Source: Clostridia bacterium
Lineage (GTDB): Bacteria > Bacillota > Clostridia > TANB77 > UBA1234
DNA length: 64,000 bases
Direction of reading: 5' to 3'
Assembly: GCA_017469545.1 (NCBI GenBank)
Contig: JAFUGE010000008.1
Span: forward strand, 30,941-94,940
Position numbers and translations under genes: made by a program. The notes under the pieces were generated by a model. That model saw only the letters and a list, made by a program, of their open reading frames with translations. It made no database searches and had not been told where the DNA came from. Positions 40,576 through 50,644 of the stretch are shown here, one piece after another. Position 1 is the first letter of the stretch; each line of letters begins with the position of its first letter.

Positions 40576-41473
40576 TTTGGTATTTTTATTAGTGGGAATA
40601 GGAATTGCATCGTGTATATTTTTTATCTATCGCTATCAGAGAAATCGAGAGATTACGCGAATGATAAAGTATGTGGAAGAAATTAATAGCAGAAATTATT
40701 CGATTAATATGGAAGAGTTTAAAGAGGGAAGGCTATCTATTTTGAAAAGTGAGCTATATAAAACGACGATTATGTTAAAAGAAAGCGCTGACAATTCTTT
40801 AAAAGATAAACAAGATTTGAAGAAGTCGTTAGAAGATATTTCACATCAATTAAAGACACCGCTCACGTCCATTTTAGTAATGCTAGATAATTTGATTGAC
40901 GACGAAGAGATGGCAAAAGAAACGAGAGAAGATTTTCTAAGAGATATCAAACGAGAAATTACAAGTGTGAATTTTTTAGTACAGTCTATTTTGAAACTAT
41001 CAAAGTTTGATGCTAATACGATTGAGTACAACAAGGAAAAGTGCAAATTAGAAGAAATTGTGAAAGTAGCCCTCAAAAATGTATCTACCTTGTGCGATCT
41101 GAAAAACATTATGATAAGCCTTTCGGGAGACACGGGTGCAGAAGTTTTTTGTGACTTTCGATGGCAAGTGGAAGCGGTAACTAATATTATCAAAAACTGC
41201 GTAGAACATTCGAAAGAGAATGGCAAAATCAATATTCGTTATGAAGAGAACAAAGTGTACTCTTTGATAGAAGTGCAAGATTTTGGGGAGGGCATTGATA
41301 GTGCAGATTTGCCGCACATATTTGAGAGATTTTATAAGGGCAAAAATGCTTCTCCAGATAGTGTAGGCATTGGCCTTGCCCTTTCGAAGACAATTGTGGA
41401 AAATGATAATGGAAGAATTAGCGCAGAGTCTGACGAAAGTGGCACGAAATTTATCATAAAGTATTTTAAATGA
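40562..41473 (+). CDS. sensor histidine kinase
   Basis: N-terminal TM, H-box SHQLKTPLTSI, HATPase_c motifs. Confidence 0.8.
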   Translation: MTMINLVFLLVGIGIASCIFFIYRYQRNREITRMIKYVEEINSRNYSINMEEFKEGRLSILKSELYKTTIMLKESADNSLKDKQDLKKSLEDISHQLKTPLTSILVMLDNLIDDEEMAKETREDFLRDIKREITSVNFLVQSILKLSKFDANTIEYNKEKCKLEEIVKVALKNVSTLCDLKNIMISLSGDTGAEVFCDFRWQVEAVTNIIKNCVEHSKENGKINIRYEENKVYSLIEVQDFGEGIDSADLPHIFERFYKGKNASPDSVGIGLALSKTIVENDNGRISAESDESGTKFIIKYFK

Positions 41474-41600
41474 TAGGAAAAGTGTATTGTGTGGGCGGCT
41501 TAACAAGCCGCCCATAAATTGCCTCTTGACAAATATGTGTTTGGGCGTTAAACTATGAATTGCAAGGAAATGTAAAGGTATGAAAGGAGTGAGATACGAT

Positions 41601-41897
41601 ATGAAAAAGCTATTAAAGATAATAAAAATAGCTGTATTGACAATGATTATGATTTCACTAGTTGTTTCGAATATGTTATCTCACGACGAACACCATTTGG
41701 AGACTTGCGAAGTGGAAGATTGTACTACTTGTCATATGATTATGCTTGCGCAAGCGATTGTGAAAGTTATGACCTTTGTGATAATAGTTAGTACGCTAAC
41801 TTTTGTAATCTATTTTGTTTTATCAAGAATGCACAAGGTTTTGAAAGTTGATATTGAAAAATCTTTAGTGTTTCAAAAGGTTCAGTTTAATAATTAA
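41601..41897 (+). CDS. small membrane protein with His/Cys-rich motif
   Basis: HDEHHLETCEVEDCTTCH between two TM helices; immediately upstream of znu-like operon. Confidence 0.35.
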   Translation: MKKLLKIIKIAVLTMIMISLVVSNMLSHDEHHLETCEVEDCTTCHMIMLAQAIVKVMTFVIIVSTLTFVIYFVLSRMHKVLKVDIEKSLVFQKVQFNN

Positions 41898-42058
41898 TTG
41901 ATGATTCTTTTTAAGTAGGCAATTTCTATGCTTACTTCTATTTTCAGTGCAATAAAATAATGGATACCTAAGGTACTTAGGTTTATTTGTAATGCTTAAA
42001 AATGATATTTTTTAAGTTTTATTTGTGATACAAAAAAATAGGTGGGAGGAATTTTAAA

Positions 42059-43042
42059 ATGAATATAAAGAGAATTTTGTTTATCATTCTTGCAGTAGCA
42101 ATTGTGGTAGGAGTTGTTTTTGCCATTGTCAATGTAAAAAAGCAGGATACACTTGTATCTAGTAATGATCATTTGACAGAAAAGTTGAAAGTGGTTTCAA
42201 GTAATTTTGCAAGTTATGATTTTTTAAGAGCAATTATTGGAGAGACAGAAAATGTGGAATTAACGTTTTTGTTAGGGCCTGGTAAAGATGCACACAGCTA
42301 TGACCCAACAGCGAGTGACCTAATTAAAATTCAAAATGCAGATTTGTTTGTATACGTTGGCGGAGAAATGGAAGGCTGGGCAGATAGAGTGATTGAATCT
42401 TTGGATAACAAAGATATTGCGATGGTGTGTATTGCCGACTATGTAGAAACAATGGAAGAACAAGAAGTGGATGGCGCAGAAGAGGAGGAGGAAGAAGAAG
42501 AGGAAGGCGCTTTCGACGAGCACATTTGGACGTCGCCAGAAAACGCTGTGAAAATGGTAAATGCATTAGAGGAATCTATGGAAAGATTAGACCAAGGCAA
42601 TAGGGAAAAATATAGGGAAAATGCAGACAAATATATTGCTCAAGTCAAAGAAGTAGATAGTAAAATTCAAAATATTGTAGATAACAAAGTAAGAAACAGA
42701 TTGTTGTTTGGCGATAAAATGCCAATGCAATATTTTATGGATTACTATGGACTGGAAGTAAGTGCGGCTTTTAGTGGCTGTAGTACAGAGACAGAGCCAT
42801 CTGCCCAAACAATAGCCTATTTAATTGGAAAGGCAAAAGAAGAAAATATTCCAGTCATTCTATATATTGAGCTAAGCAGTGGAAAAGTGGCAAAAGTCAT
42901 TGCTGACGAAGTGGGGAATGGTTGCTGTGCTATGCAAATTCAAACGCTTCATAATGTTAGCTTAGACGATTTTAACAGAGGTGAAACTTGGGTAAGCCTC
43001 ATGAATAGGAACTTGGATGTTCTAAGGGCCGCTTTGCAATAA
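42059..43042 (+). CDS. znuA: metal (Zn/Mn) ABC transporter substrate-binding protein, ZnuA/TroA family
   Basis: Acidic/His loop EVDGAEEEEEEEEEGAFDEH typical of ZnuA. Confidence 0.8.
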   Translation: MNIKRILFIILAVAIVVGVVFAIVNVKKQDTLVSSNDHLTEKLKVVSSNFASYDFLRAIIGETENVELTFLLGPGKDAHSYDPTASDLIKIQNADLFVYVGGEMEGWADRVIESLDNKDIAMVCIADYVETMEEQEVDGAEEEEEEEEEGAFDEHIWTSPENAVKMVNALEESMERLDQGNREKYRENADKYIAQVKEVDSKIQNIVDNKVRNRLLFGDKMPMQYFMDYYGLEVSAAFSGCSTETEPSAQTIAYLIGKAKEENIPVILYIELSSGKVAKVIADEVGNGCCAMQIQTLHNVSLDDFNRGETWVSLMNRNLDVLRAALQ

Positions 43043-43085
43043 TGAACAAGGAATAAAATAAACTTTTAGGAGGCGAATAGGGAAG

Positions 43086-43761
43086 ATGTCACTGATAAAA
43101 ATGAAACATTTGTATTTTAATTATCCTACGAAAAAAGAAGCACTTAAGAATATCAATCTGGAAATAAAAGAGGGAACATTTAACTGCATTGTGGGAGAAA
43201 ATGGCTCTCGGAAAGACGACTTTGCTGAAATGTATTCTGGACTTAAACAAAGGATATACGGGAGAAATTGAAAAAGAAAAGCATATTGGATATTTGCCTC
43301 AAAAAAGTGAAATTCAGGCGAATTTTCCAGCAAGTATTGAGGAAGTGGTTTTGTCTGGAACAATTGCGAATCACCCACAAAATATCTTTTACAACAAAGA
43401 AGATAAAGAAAATGCGAAAAGTGTGATGCAAAAATTAGGAATATATGAAATGAGAAAAAAGTGCTTTGCAGATCTTTCTGGGGGCCAACAACAAAGAGTT
43501 TTGATTGCAAGAAGTCTATGTGCGACGAAAAAATTGATTATTTTGGACGAACCAACAAATGGCCTAGACCCAAGCATTGCAAGACAAATTTATGAACTGC
43601 TAAGAGATTTGAAAGAAAAAGATAACATCACTATTTTAATGGTTTCGCACGATATCGAGAGAGCATTAACATATGCGGATAATGTCATTGAATTAATCAA
43701 TGGAGAAATTAAGTTTGTTGGAAAGCCGCAGGACTTTCAGTTTGGAGGGGAGAAGAAATGA
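43086..43761 (+). pseudogene. znuC: metal ABC transporter ATP-binding protein ZnuC with +1 frameshift in Walker A (extra C at 43209)
   Basis: Frame 1 VGENGSRKDD..., frame 2 MALGKTTLLKCIL; removing c43209 gives GENGSGKTTLLK; signature LSGGQQQRV intact downstream. Confidence 0.75.
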
Positions 43762-44580
43762 TAGAAATAATGACTGAAATGTTATCTCACGCATTTATAC
43801 AGAGAGCAGTTTTAGTGGGGAGCTTGGTAAGTTTATGTGCGGCACTTTTAGGAGTGAGTCTGGTTTTAAAAAGATATAGTATGATTGGTGACGGACTATC
43901 ACACGTTGGATTTGGAATACTAACCATATCTACCGTTTTGGGAGTGACATCACCGCTATACATTGCAATCCCCGGCGTAGCAATATTTGCAATCATTCTT
44001 CTGAAAATAGATAACAATAGCAGAGTGAAAAGTGATAGTGCCATTGCGCTAATCTCTAGCTCTGCTCTTGCTATTGGCGTGGCAGTAACTTCGGTAACAA
44101 CAGGAATGAATACGGATGTATGTAATTTTATGTTTGGAAGTATCTTAGCAATGAGCAAGGGAGACGTCATTCTAAGTGTGATTGTTAGTATCGTTGTTGC
44201 TATTTTGTTTTTTGTTTATTACAGAAAATTATTTGTGGTAACTTTTGACGAAAATTTTGCTAAAGCAAGTGGACTAAAGGCAAAGAGATATACCAATATT
44301 ATTGCAGTTCTAACGGCACTAATTATCGTGATTGGTATGAGAATGATGGGAGTAATGCTAATTAGTAGTATTATTATTTTCCCTGCACTTACTTCTATGC
44401 GCGTGTTTAAAACATACAAGAGTGTTGTAATCAGCTCTGCTATTATTAGTATGATTACTTTTTGGCTACGGAATTTATTTATCCTATGTCTATAATATTA
44501 GTACAGGGGCAATGATTGTCATTGTTAATCTCATTGCATTTATTCTATTTTCACTGATAGATAAAATCAAAAATAACTAG
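43758..44580 (+). pseudogene. znuB: metal ABC transporter permease ZnuB with +1 frameshift (extra C at 44469)
   Basis: Tracked ORF ends ...FWLRNLFILCL*; removing c44469 gives ...FWLGIYLSYVYNISTGAMIVIVNLIAFILFSLIDKIKNN*, a normal ABC-3 permease C-terminus. Confidence 0.65.
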
Positions 44581-44589
44581 GAGGCGGAT

Positions 44590-45138
44590 ATGAAGAATAG
44601 TACAGTTTTGGTGATAGGAATTGTGATTGTATTAGTAGTGGCAGGTACTGCCTTTGCAATGAATGGCAATAAGAGGCAAGTGAATCGTGCGAATGTAGAA
44701 GAGTTGGTTTCTATTGCAGTGCCAGACGAAAAAGAGGGAGCTAATGTTAGAAAAATGGATAAATTTCTTCCAAGCATAGACGAAACAAATATTTTGGAAA
44801 TCAAAGAAAATTATTTTATAGAATCTACCAATGATGTGTATTTAAATCTTGACGATTATTTGGGCAGAAGTGTGAAAATACAGGGATATGTTTATACGTA
44901 TCGTGATAATAACGGAGATATCTGTTATGCTGTCGTTAGAAATACACCTGGATGTTGTGGAAACGATGGACTTGCGGGACTCGATATTAGATATGCGGGG
45001 GAGTATCCAGAAGAAGGCGATTGGATTGAAGTGGTAGGCATTATTGGAAAAGATAATATTTTTAATTCCGATAAACCCGCCATATACGTTTATCATATGG
45101 AAGAAACAGAAGTGGGAAATATTTTTGTAAATCGTTGA
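44590..45138 (+). CDS. membrane-anchored hypothetical protein with CCG motif
   Basis: N-terminal TM; NTPGCCGNDG; immediately downstream of the znu operon. Confidence 0.35.
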   Translation: MKNSTVLVIGIVIVLVVAGTAFAMNGNKRQVNRANVEELVSIAVPDEKEGANVRKMDKFLPSIDETNILEIKENYFIESTNDVYLNLDDYLGRSVKIQGYVYTYRDNNGDICYAVVRNTPGCCGNDGLAGLDIRYAGEYPEEGDWIEVVGIIGKDNIFNSDKPAIYVYHMEETEVGNIFVNR

Positions 45139-45209
45139 TATTACTCTGATTTTGTGATAATATGTTATTTGTGCATTGAGCATCAATTAATGAATCAAAC
45201 AAGGAGGAT

Positions 45210-45656
45210 TTGGTTATGAATAAAGAAGAAATGAAAGAAAAAATTGCTGAGTTAAGTGAGAAAATGAAAGGATTGGAAGATAAGGCAAAAGACTCTATTG
45301 AGTCTGCTCAAATTGCCGGATTGTATGCTAAGGATAAAGTAGACGTAGCTATTAATGAGACGAAAAGTAGCGCAAATGCTTTAAAAGAAAATTTTAGAAT
45401 CTTTTCTGAAAAAGTAAAAGGAAAAGCTTCTTCTGAATTAATAAAGGCACAAATGAATATTGATGTTGCGAAAAAAGAATTAGAAGCGAAAAAAGAAGAG
45501 CACGATAAAACAAAACTTGCCGAGTATATAGAAGATATGGTTGAATATGCTTCAGCGTGTGTGGAATTATCTTTGCTTGCTGCAGAGGAAGCAAAACTTG
45601 CCACATTAGAGGCAGCAGGCGCACAAGCAGAATATGACGAGTTGTACGGAGAGTAA
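45210..45656 (+). CDS. hypothetical coiled-coil protein
   Basis: Lys/Glu-rich helical ORF with AGGAGG RBS. Confidence 0.35.
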   Translation: MVMNKEEMKEKIAELSEKMKGLEDKAKDSIESAQIAGLYAKDKVDVAINETKSSANALKENFRIFSEKVKGKASSELIKAQMNIDVAKKELEAKKEEHDKTKLAEYIEDMVEYASACVELSLLAAEEAKLATLEAAGAQAEYDELYGE

Positions 45657-45671
45657 AATTTCTTTGTTTAT

Positions 45672-45700
45672 GTAGGGGCAGCGTAATACGCTGCCCTTTT
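45672..45700 (+). terminator. REP-like hairpin + TTTT
   Basis: GTAGGGGCAGCGTAATACGCTGCCC followed by TTTT. Confidence 0.7.
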
Positions 45701-45821
45701 GGCATGCAAATCACCCATTGTTTTATGCCCATCCTGCCTCACTGGTCAGTTTGGTTGAAACTGTTTGATTTTTGTGATATGATTACCAAATAGGGAAAAA
45801 AGCGAGTAATGGGGTGAAGTA

Positions 45822-47525
45822 ATGAAAAAGGAATTTAAATTTTTTGAAACTTATGAGATAAATGACTTAAAAGATATGCTTTTTAAAACAACACAAAGGA
45901 ATAAAAATAGAGTTGCTTTTCGATTAAAAGATAGCAATGGAAAAATATATACAAAGACGTATGCAGAGTATAAGAGTGATGTTGAAGCGTTGGCGACTAA
46001 AATGATTCGCGATGGCTTTCAAGGGAAAAGAATTGCTGTGATTGGCAAGAATAGCTATGAATGGGCCATTTCGTATTTGGCATCTGTGATTATCGGCGTA
46101 GTGGTTCCAATCGATAAAGAGTCGTCCGACGGCAATATCAAAGAGTTTTTTAACAAGGCGAAGGTGACGGCTGTTTTTGGAGACGAAAAATATATCAAGC
46201 GAATTGAAAAACTAATGCCAGAATTAGAAAGCAAACCGAAATTATTCAATATGAATGCAGATATGGAGGGGCTAATTAGCGCGGGCAAAGAGTTACAGGC
46301 AAATGGAGATCAAGAATTTGAAAAAATAGAAATTGACCCGAATGAAATGAGAATTTTACTGTTTACTTCTGGTACAACGGGCAATTCTAAAGGCGTTATG
46401 CTATCGCATAAAAATATTTGCTCTGATATGATTGCCGTCGCGAAAACGGTAAAAGTCGACCATACGACTTCTGTTTTGTCGATATTACCAATCCATCATA
46501 CTTATGAATGCACATTAGGATATCTGCTTGTTATTTACGGTGGGGGCAATATTGCTTACGTGGAAGGCCTAAGATACATTACGAAAAATATTGCAGAATA
46601 CAAACCAACTTTTATCTTGTGTGTTCCGCTTTTGTTAGAAAATGTGTATCAAAAAATATTGAAAACATTAAAGGCAAGTTTGCCAGAAAAATATACAGCT
46701 GATGAGAATGCCATTATGGATAAACTGCCATTTTACTTAAAAGTAATTGTGAAACATAAAGTGAAGAAGTCTTTGGGGGGTAGAATGAAAACATTTATCG
46801 TTGGCGCCGCGGCTATCAATCCTGCCATTGTAGATGGCTTCTTTAGCATGGGGATTAAAGTGTTGCAAGGATATGGACTAACGGAATGTTCACCATTAGT
46901 GGTAGGTAATAACGACTATTATCATAAAGCTGCCTCTTGTGGTATGCCGATTCCAGGCGTTGAGTACGCCATAGAAAATCCAAATGAAGAAGGCGTTGGC
47001 GAGATTATTGTAAGAGGCCCAAATGTGATGCTTGGCTACTACGAGAATGAAGAGGAAACAAATAAAGTTTTAAAAGACGGATGGTTTCATACAGGCGATT
47101 TGGGATACAAGGACGACGAGGAATTTTTATATATTTCTGGTAGAAGCAAAAATATGATATTGACGAAAAATGGAGAAAATATTTATCCGGAAGAAATAGA
47201 GGGAATTTTAAATAGCGAAGAATTGATTGGAGAGGCCATTGTCATTGGTGCTTCTGATGGGAAAGACGACGTACAAGTGAAAGCAAAAATTTTCCCTAAT
47301 ATGGAGGCAATTAAAGAATACTTGGGCAATAAAATTCCGTCTAAAGAGGAAATTCGTAAGGTAATATCTGACGTCATTAAAAAAGCGAATGAAAAATTAC
47401 CAAATTTCAAACATATCAAATCTTTTAAAATTATGGAGGAGGACTTCGAGAGAACGACAACGAATAAGGTTAAGAGATTCGGTAAAAATGTGGAAGACTA
47501 TGACGAGAAGAAAGAAGAGAAATAA
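45822..47525 (+). CDS. AMP-binding enzyme (long-chain fatty acid-CoA ligase-like)
   Basis: AMP-binding motif LFTSGTTGNSKGVMLSH; 567 aa. Confidence 0.75.
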   Translation: MKKEFKFFETYEINDLKDMLFKTTQRNKNRVAFRLKDSNGKIYTKTYAEYKSDVEALATKMIRDGFQGKRIAVIGKNSYEWAISYLASVIIGVVVPIDKESSDGNIKEFFNKAKVTAVFGDEKYIKRIEKLMPELESKPKLFNMNADMEGLISAGKELQANGDQEFEKIEIDPNEMRILLFTSGTTGNSKGVMLSHKNICSDMIAVAKTVKVDHTTSVLSILPIHHTYECTLGYLLVIYGGGNIAYVEGLRYITKNIAEYKPTFILCVPLLLENVYQKILKTLKASLPEKYTADENAIMDKLPFYLKVIVKHKVKKSLGGRMKTFIVGAAAINPAIVDGFFSMGIKVLQGYGLTECSPLVVGNNDYYHKAASCGMPIPGVEYAIENPNEEGVGEIIVRGPNVMLGYYENEEETNKVLKDGWFHTGDLGYKDDEEFLYISGRSKNMILTKNGENIYPEEIEGILNSEELIGEAIVIGASDGKDDVQVKAKIFPNMEAIKEYLGNKIPSKEEIRKVISDVIKKANEKLPNFKHIKSFKIMEEDFERTTTNKVKRFGKNVEDYDEKKEEK

Positions 47526-47526
47526 T

Positions 47527-47559
47527 TTTAGGGTCAGCGTGATACGCTGACCCTAAAAT
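47527..47559. repeat. REP-like variant, fully symmetric (TTTTAGGGTCAGCGTGATACGCTGACCCTAAAA)
   Basis: Compensatory GGGTCAGCGT/ACGCTGACCC stem; sits between convergent genes. Confidence 0.7.
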
Positions 47560-47560
47560 G

Positions 47561-47950
47561 TTAATATAGATTTACTGGTTCGTCTAGTTGAATGATGGAG
47601 TCTTTCTCAGCACTTAGTACGTATTCATTGCTTTCAAGTTCTGCAATCAGATTATCTAATTCCTCAATAGACATATCTCTTTCTGTTTTAACAGCATACA
47701 TATTGAAATTTTCATAATCATAAATGATTTCTAAATGGTATTCCTCGAATAACTTCATTACTTCGTCTTTGGTAGCTGCAACATCTACTGATATAATGAG
47801 TGTGTTTTTGCTATACTGCTGCAAATCACTATTTCCATCAATTTCACCAATCTCTTCAATGTTAGTATTGTCTTGAGGAACAACTTCACTGTGTTCTTGA
47901 GTGCAAGCTGTTAATGAGAACAAAAGAATTAAACATAAAATTACTTTCAT
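47561..47950 (-). CDS. lipoprotein, hypothetical
   Basis: MKVILCLILLFSLTAC lipobox. Confidence 0.4.
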   Translation of the reverse strand: MKVILCLILLFSLTACTQEHSEVVPQDNTNIEEIGEIDGNSDLQQYSKNTLIISVDVAATKDEVMKLFEEYHLEIIYDYENFNMYAVKTERDMSIEELDNLIAELESNEYVLSAEKDSIIQLDEPVNLY

Positions 47951-48092
47951 ATAAATCATCCTTTCTTAATGTTTAGACAATATATTATCTAAAATGTTCC
48001 AAATAATCAATAGATTTATGAGGATGTTGATTATTGGACATTTTTATGGTATTATGATTTCGAAGAATAACGGATATAGGGGGATTATATAT

Positions 48093-48551
48093 ATGGAATG
48101 TTTGTACAAAACAACTACAAAATATACATTAGAGGAGTATAAGAAATTTAACAATGCTATTTTGATGAAAAGACACACTTTGCTTTTATTATTGGCAGGA
48201 CTAGTTTTTATCTTGCTTGGGGGAATTATACTACGAAGTGAGTTTTTAATAATATTTGCAATCATATATCCATTCTTTTTTATTATAATTAAAAATAGTA
48301 GTGTAAAGAAAGTATTTAATTCGAATAAACTTACACAAAATGTTGATGTAACATTTGAATTTTATGAAGATCATTTTGAAGAAAATCATGAAGCTGGTCA
48401 AGCTAAGATACCATATGAAAAACTTCATGAAATAATAGAAACAAAAACTAATTTTTATTTAATGATTGCCAAAAATCAGGGTTACATGCTTGCAAAAGAA
48501 AATATGCCAGAAGGTTTAGAAGAATTTATAAGAACTAAAAGTAAGGTATAA
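48093..48551 (+). CDS. YcxB-like hypothetical membrane-associated protein
   Basis: Two central TM helices; AGGGGGA RBS before MECLYK. Confidence 0.3.
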   Translation: MECLYKTTTKYTLEEYKKFNNAILMKRHTLLLLLAGLVFILLGGIILRSEFLIIFAIIYPFFFIIIKNSSVKKVFNSNKLTQNVDVTFEFYEDHFEENHEAGQAKIPYEKLHEIIETKTNFYLMIAKNQGYMLAKENMPEGLEEFIRTKSKV

Positions 48552-48626
48552 ATAGAGAATTATAGTTTGTTCGTAATATTGTAATATTACACGCAAGTTA
48601 GAAAATATAATTAGGAGTGATTTATT

Positions 48627-48859
48627 TTGGCGACATCAAAAGAATATAAAGATTTTATAATAGAACAATTAGATTTATTAGATAATGTAACTTGCAAAGC
48701 AATAATACAAATAAAAAATATAATATGCAAGAGCAGTTACCTTATGAAAGTACAAAGCCTATGTATTTAGTTGATGATGTAGATAATATGGAATTATTAA
48801 AAGAAATTATACTTGAAACTTGCAAAGGTTTACCAAATAAAAAGTTTAAAGGAGTTTGA
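48627..48859 (+). pseudogene. TfoX N-terminal-domain gene remnant (internally deleted/frameshifted)
   Basis: TTG-start LATSKEYKDFIIEQLDLLDNVTCKAIIQ resembles TfoX_N MASSKEYLDFILEQL...; TfoX-like C-terminal end LPYESTKPMYLVDDVDNMELLKEIILETCKGLPNKKFKGV in another frame. Confidence 0.4.
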
Positions 48860-48914
48860 TGTATAATGGAAAATTTAGAATTGGAAAGATTGAATTATAA
48901 GAGGTGTTTGCAAA

Positions 48915-49469
48915 TTGACTGAAAAAGAGAAAATGTTGGCAGGACAAATTTATGATGCTAATTATGATAAGGAACTAATTGAGTTAAGATTAAATGCTAA
49001 GGAATTGTGTTATGAGTATAATAATTTAAGACCAAATGAGTTAGAAAAGAAAAAAGAGATAATAGAAAAGTTATTACAAAAATCACTTGGAGCTTTTACA
49101 ATAGAACCAAATTTTTATTGCGATTATGGATTTAACATTGAACTAGGAGAAAACTTTTATGCAAATCACAATTTAGTCTTATTAGATGCTAATAAAATAA
49201 AGTTTGGAGATAATGTTTTTATTGGACCAAATTGTGGATTTTATACTTCTGGACATCCGCTTGATTATGAAACCAGAAATAAAGGATTAGAATATGCCAA
49301 ACCTATAACCGTAGGAAATAATGTGTGGATTGGCGGAAATGTTTGTGTAATGCCAGGCGTAACAATAGGTGACAATGTTGTCATAGGAGCAGGAAGTGTA
49401 GTGGTAAAAGACATCCCTTCAAACGTTGTTGCTGTTGGAAATCCTTGTAAGGTAATGAAAGAAATATAA
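48915..49469 (+). CDS. sugar O-acetyltransferase (maltose/galactoside acetyltransferase family, hexapeptide repeat)
   Basis: N-terminal Mac domain, left-handed beta-helix hexapeptide repeats VFIGPNCGFYTSGHP. Confidence 0.8.
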   Translation: MTEKEKMLAGQIYDANYDKELIELRLNAKELCYEYNNLRPNELEKKKEIIEKLLQKSLGAFTIEPNFYCDYGFNIELGENFYANHNLVLLDANKIKFGDNVFIGPNCGFYTSGHPLDYETRNKGLEYAKPITVGNNVWIGGNVCVMPGVTIGDNVVIGAGSVVVKDIPSNVVAVGNPCKVMKEI

Positions 49470-49518
49470 AGCATATGATAGATGTAAAAAATAAAATTGT
49501 CAAGGAGGAATATGTGTT

Positions 49519-50505
49519 ATGGAAAACAAATTTGGATTAGTGTATCAAAATGCAATTACTGAAAATGAAGTAGGAAAGGTAAATATAAGACCAGTAGAGT
49601 ATGAAATTGATGGTATAAAAGTTTCAGCAAATCTTTACTTGCCTGCAAACTTTGACGAAAATCAAAAATATGCAGGAATTACGGTTGCTCACCCAAATGG
49701 TGGAATCAAAGAGCAAGTGGCAGGACTATTTGCACAAAATTTAGCAGAACTTGGATATGTAACGATTGCCTGTGATGCACGTTATCAAGGAGCATCTGGC
49801 GGAGAACCAAGAAACAGAGATTATCCAGAAAATAGAATAGACGATATTAGTGGAATGGTAGATTATCTTTCAAAATTAGATTTTGTAGATAACAATAGAA
49901 TTGGCTCACTTGGAATCTGCGGTGGTGGTGGCTATACTTTAGCTTGCGCTCAAACGGATAAGAGAATAAAAGCAGTGGCAACTTTAAGTATGTTTAATAC
50001 AGGTAGAGTAAGAAGAAATGGTTTCTTGGATAAAGACATAGCAACTATACAAGACAGATTAAACAAGTCAGCAGAAGCAAGAAATAAAGAAGTAAATGGA
50101 GAAGTTCAATACGAAGGTGAAACACCTCCTATGACAGAAGAACAATTAAGAAATATGATGGAAGGACTTCCTACTGGATTATATAGAGATGGCATTGAAT
50201 ATTATGGAATTACACATGCCCATCCAAATTCAACAGCTAAATATACAACAGCATCCTTAATGAAGTTAATGGCTTTTGATGTAGAAGATAGAATGGATTT
50301 AATTAATCAACCTTTACTTATGATGGGTGGCGATATTGCTGATACTTTATATATGACAAAAGATGCTTTTGAAAAAGCAACAGGAACAGAAAATAAAGAG
50401 TTATATTTGATTAAAGGTGCAACACATATTAGAACATACTGGGTTCCAGAATATGTTGAAGATGCTACAAATAAATTAAAAGATTTTTTCGGAAAAAATC
50501 TATAA
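49519..50505 (+). CDS. alpha/beta hydrolase (dienelactone hydrolase/esterase-like)
   Basis: GITVAHPNGGIKEQ, nucleophile elbow GICGGGGY. Confidence 0.6.
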   Translation: MENKFGLVYQNAITENEVGKVNIRPVEYEIDGIKVSANLYLPANFDENQKYAGITVAHPNGGIKEQVAGLFAQNLAELGYVTIACDARYQGASGGEPRNRDYPENRIDDISGMVDYLSKLDFVDNNRIGSLGICGGGGYTLACAQTDKRIKAVATLSMFNTGRVRRNGFLDKDIATIQDRLNKSAEARNKEVNGEVQYEGETPPMTEEQLRNMMEGLPTGLYRDGIEYYGITHAHPNSTAKYTTASLMKLMAFDVEDRMDLINQPLLMMGGDIADTLYMTKDAFEKATGTENKELYLIKGATHIRTYWVPEYVEDATNKLKDFFGKNL

Positions 50506-50644
50506 AATGGAAGTGATTATTTCGCGGGGATAATATAGCTTGCGTTAACAAATAGTTCATACAATCTAAACTATTTTATACTTCTTTTTCTGATCAAGTA
50601 CATATATAATACAATTAGAAATTAAAGAAAAGGAGAGAAAAACT

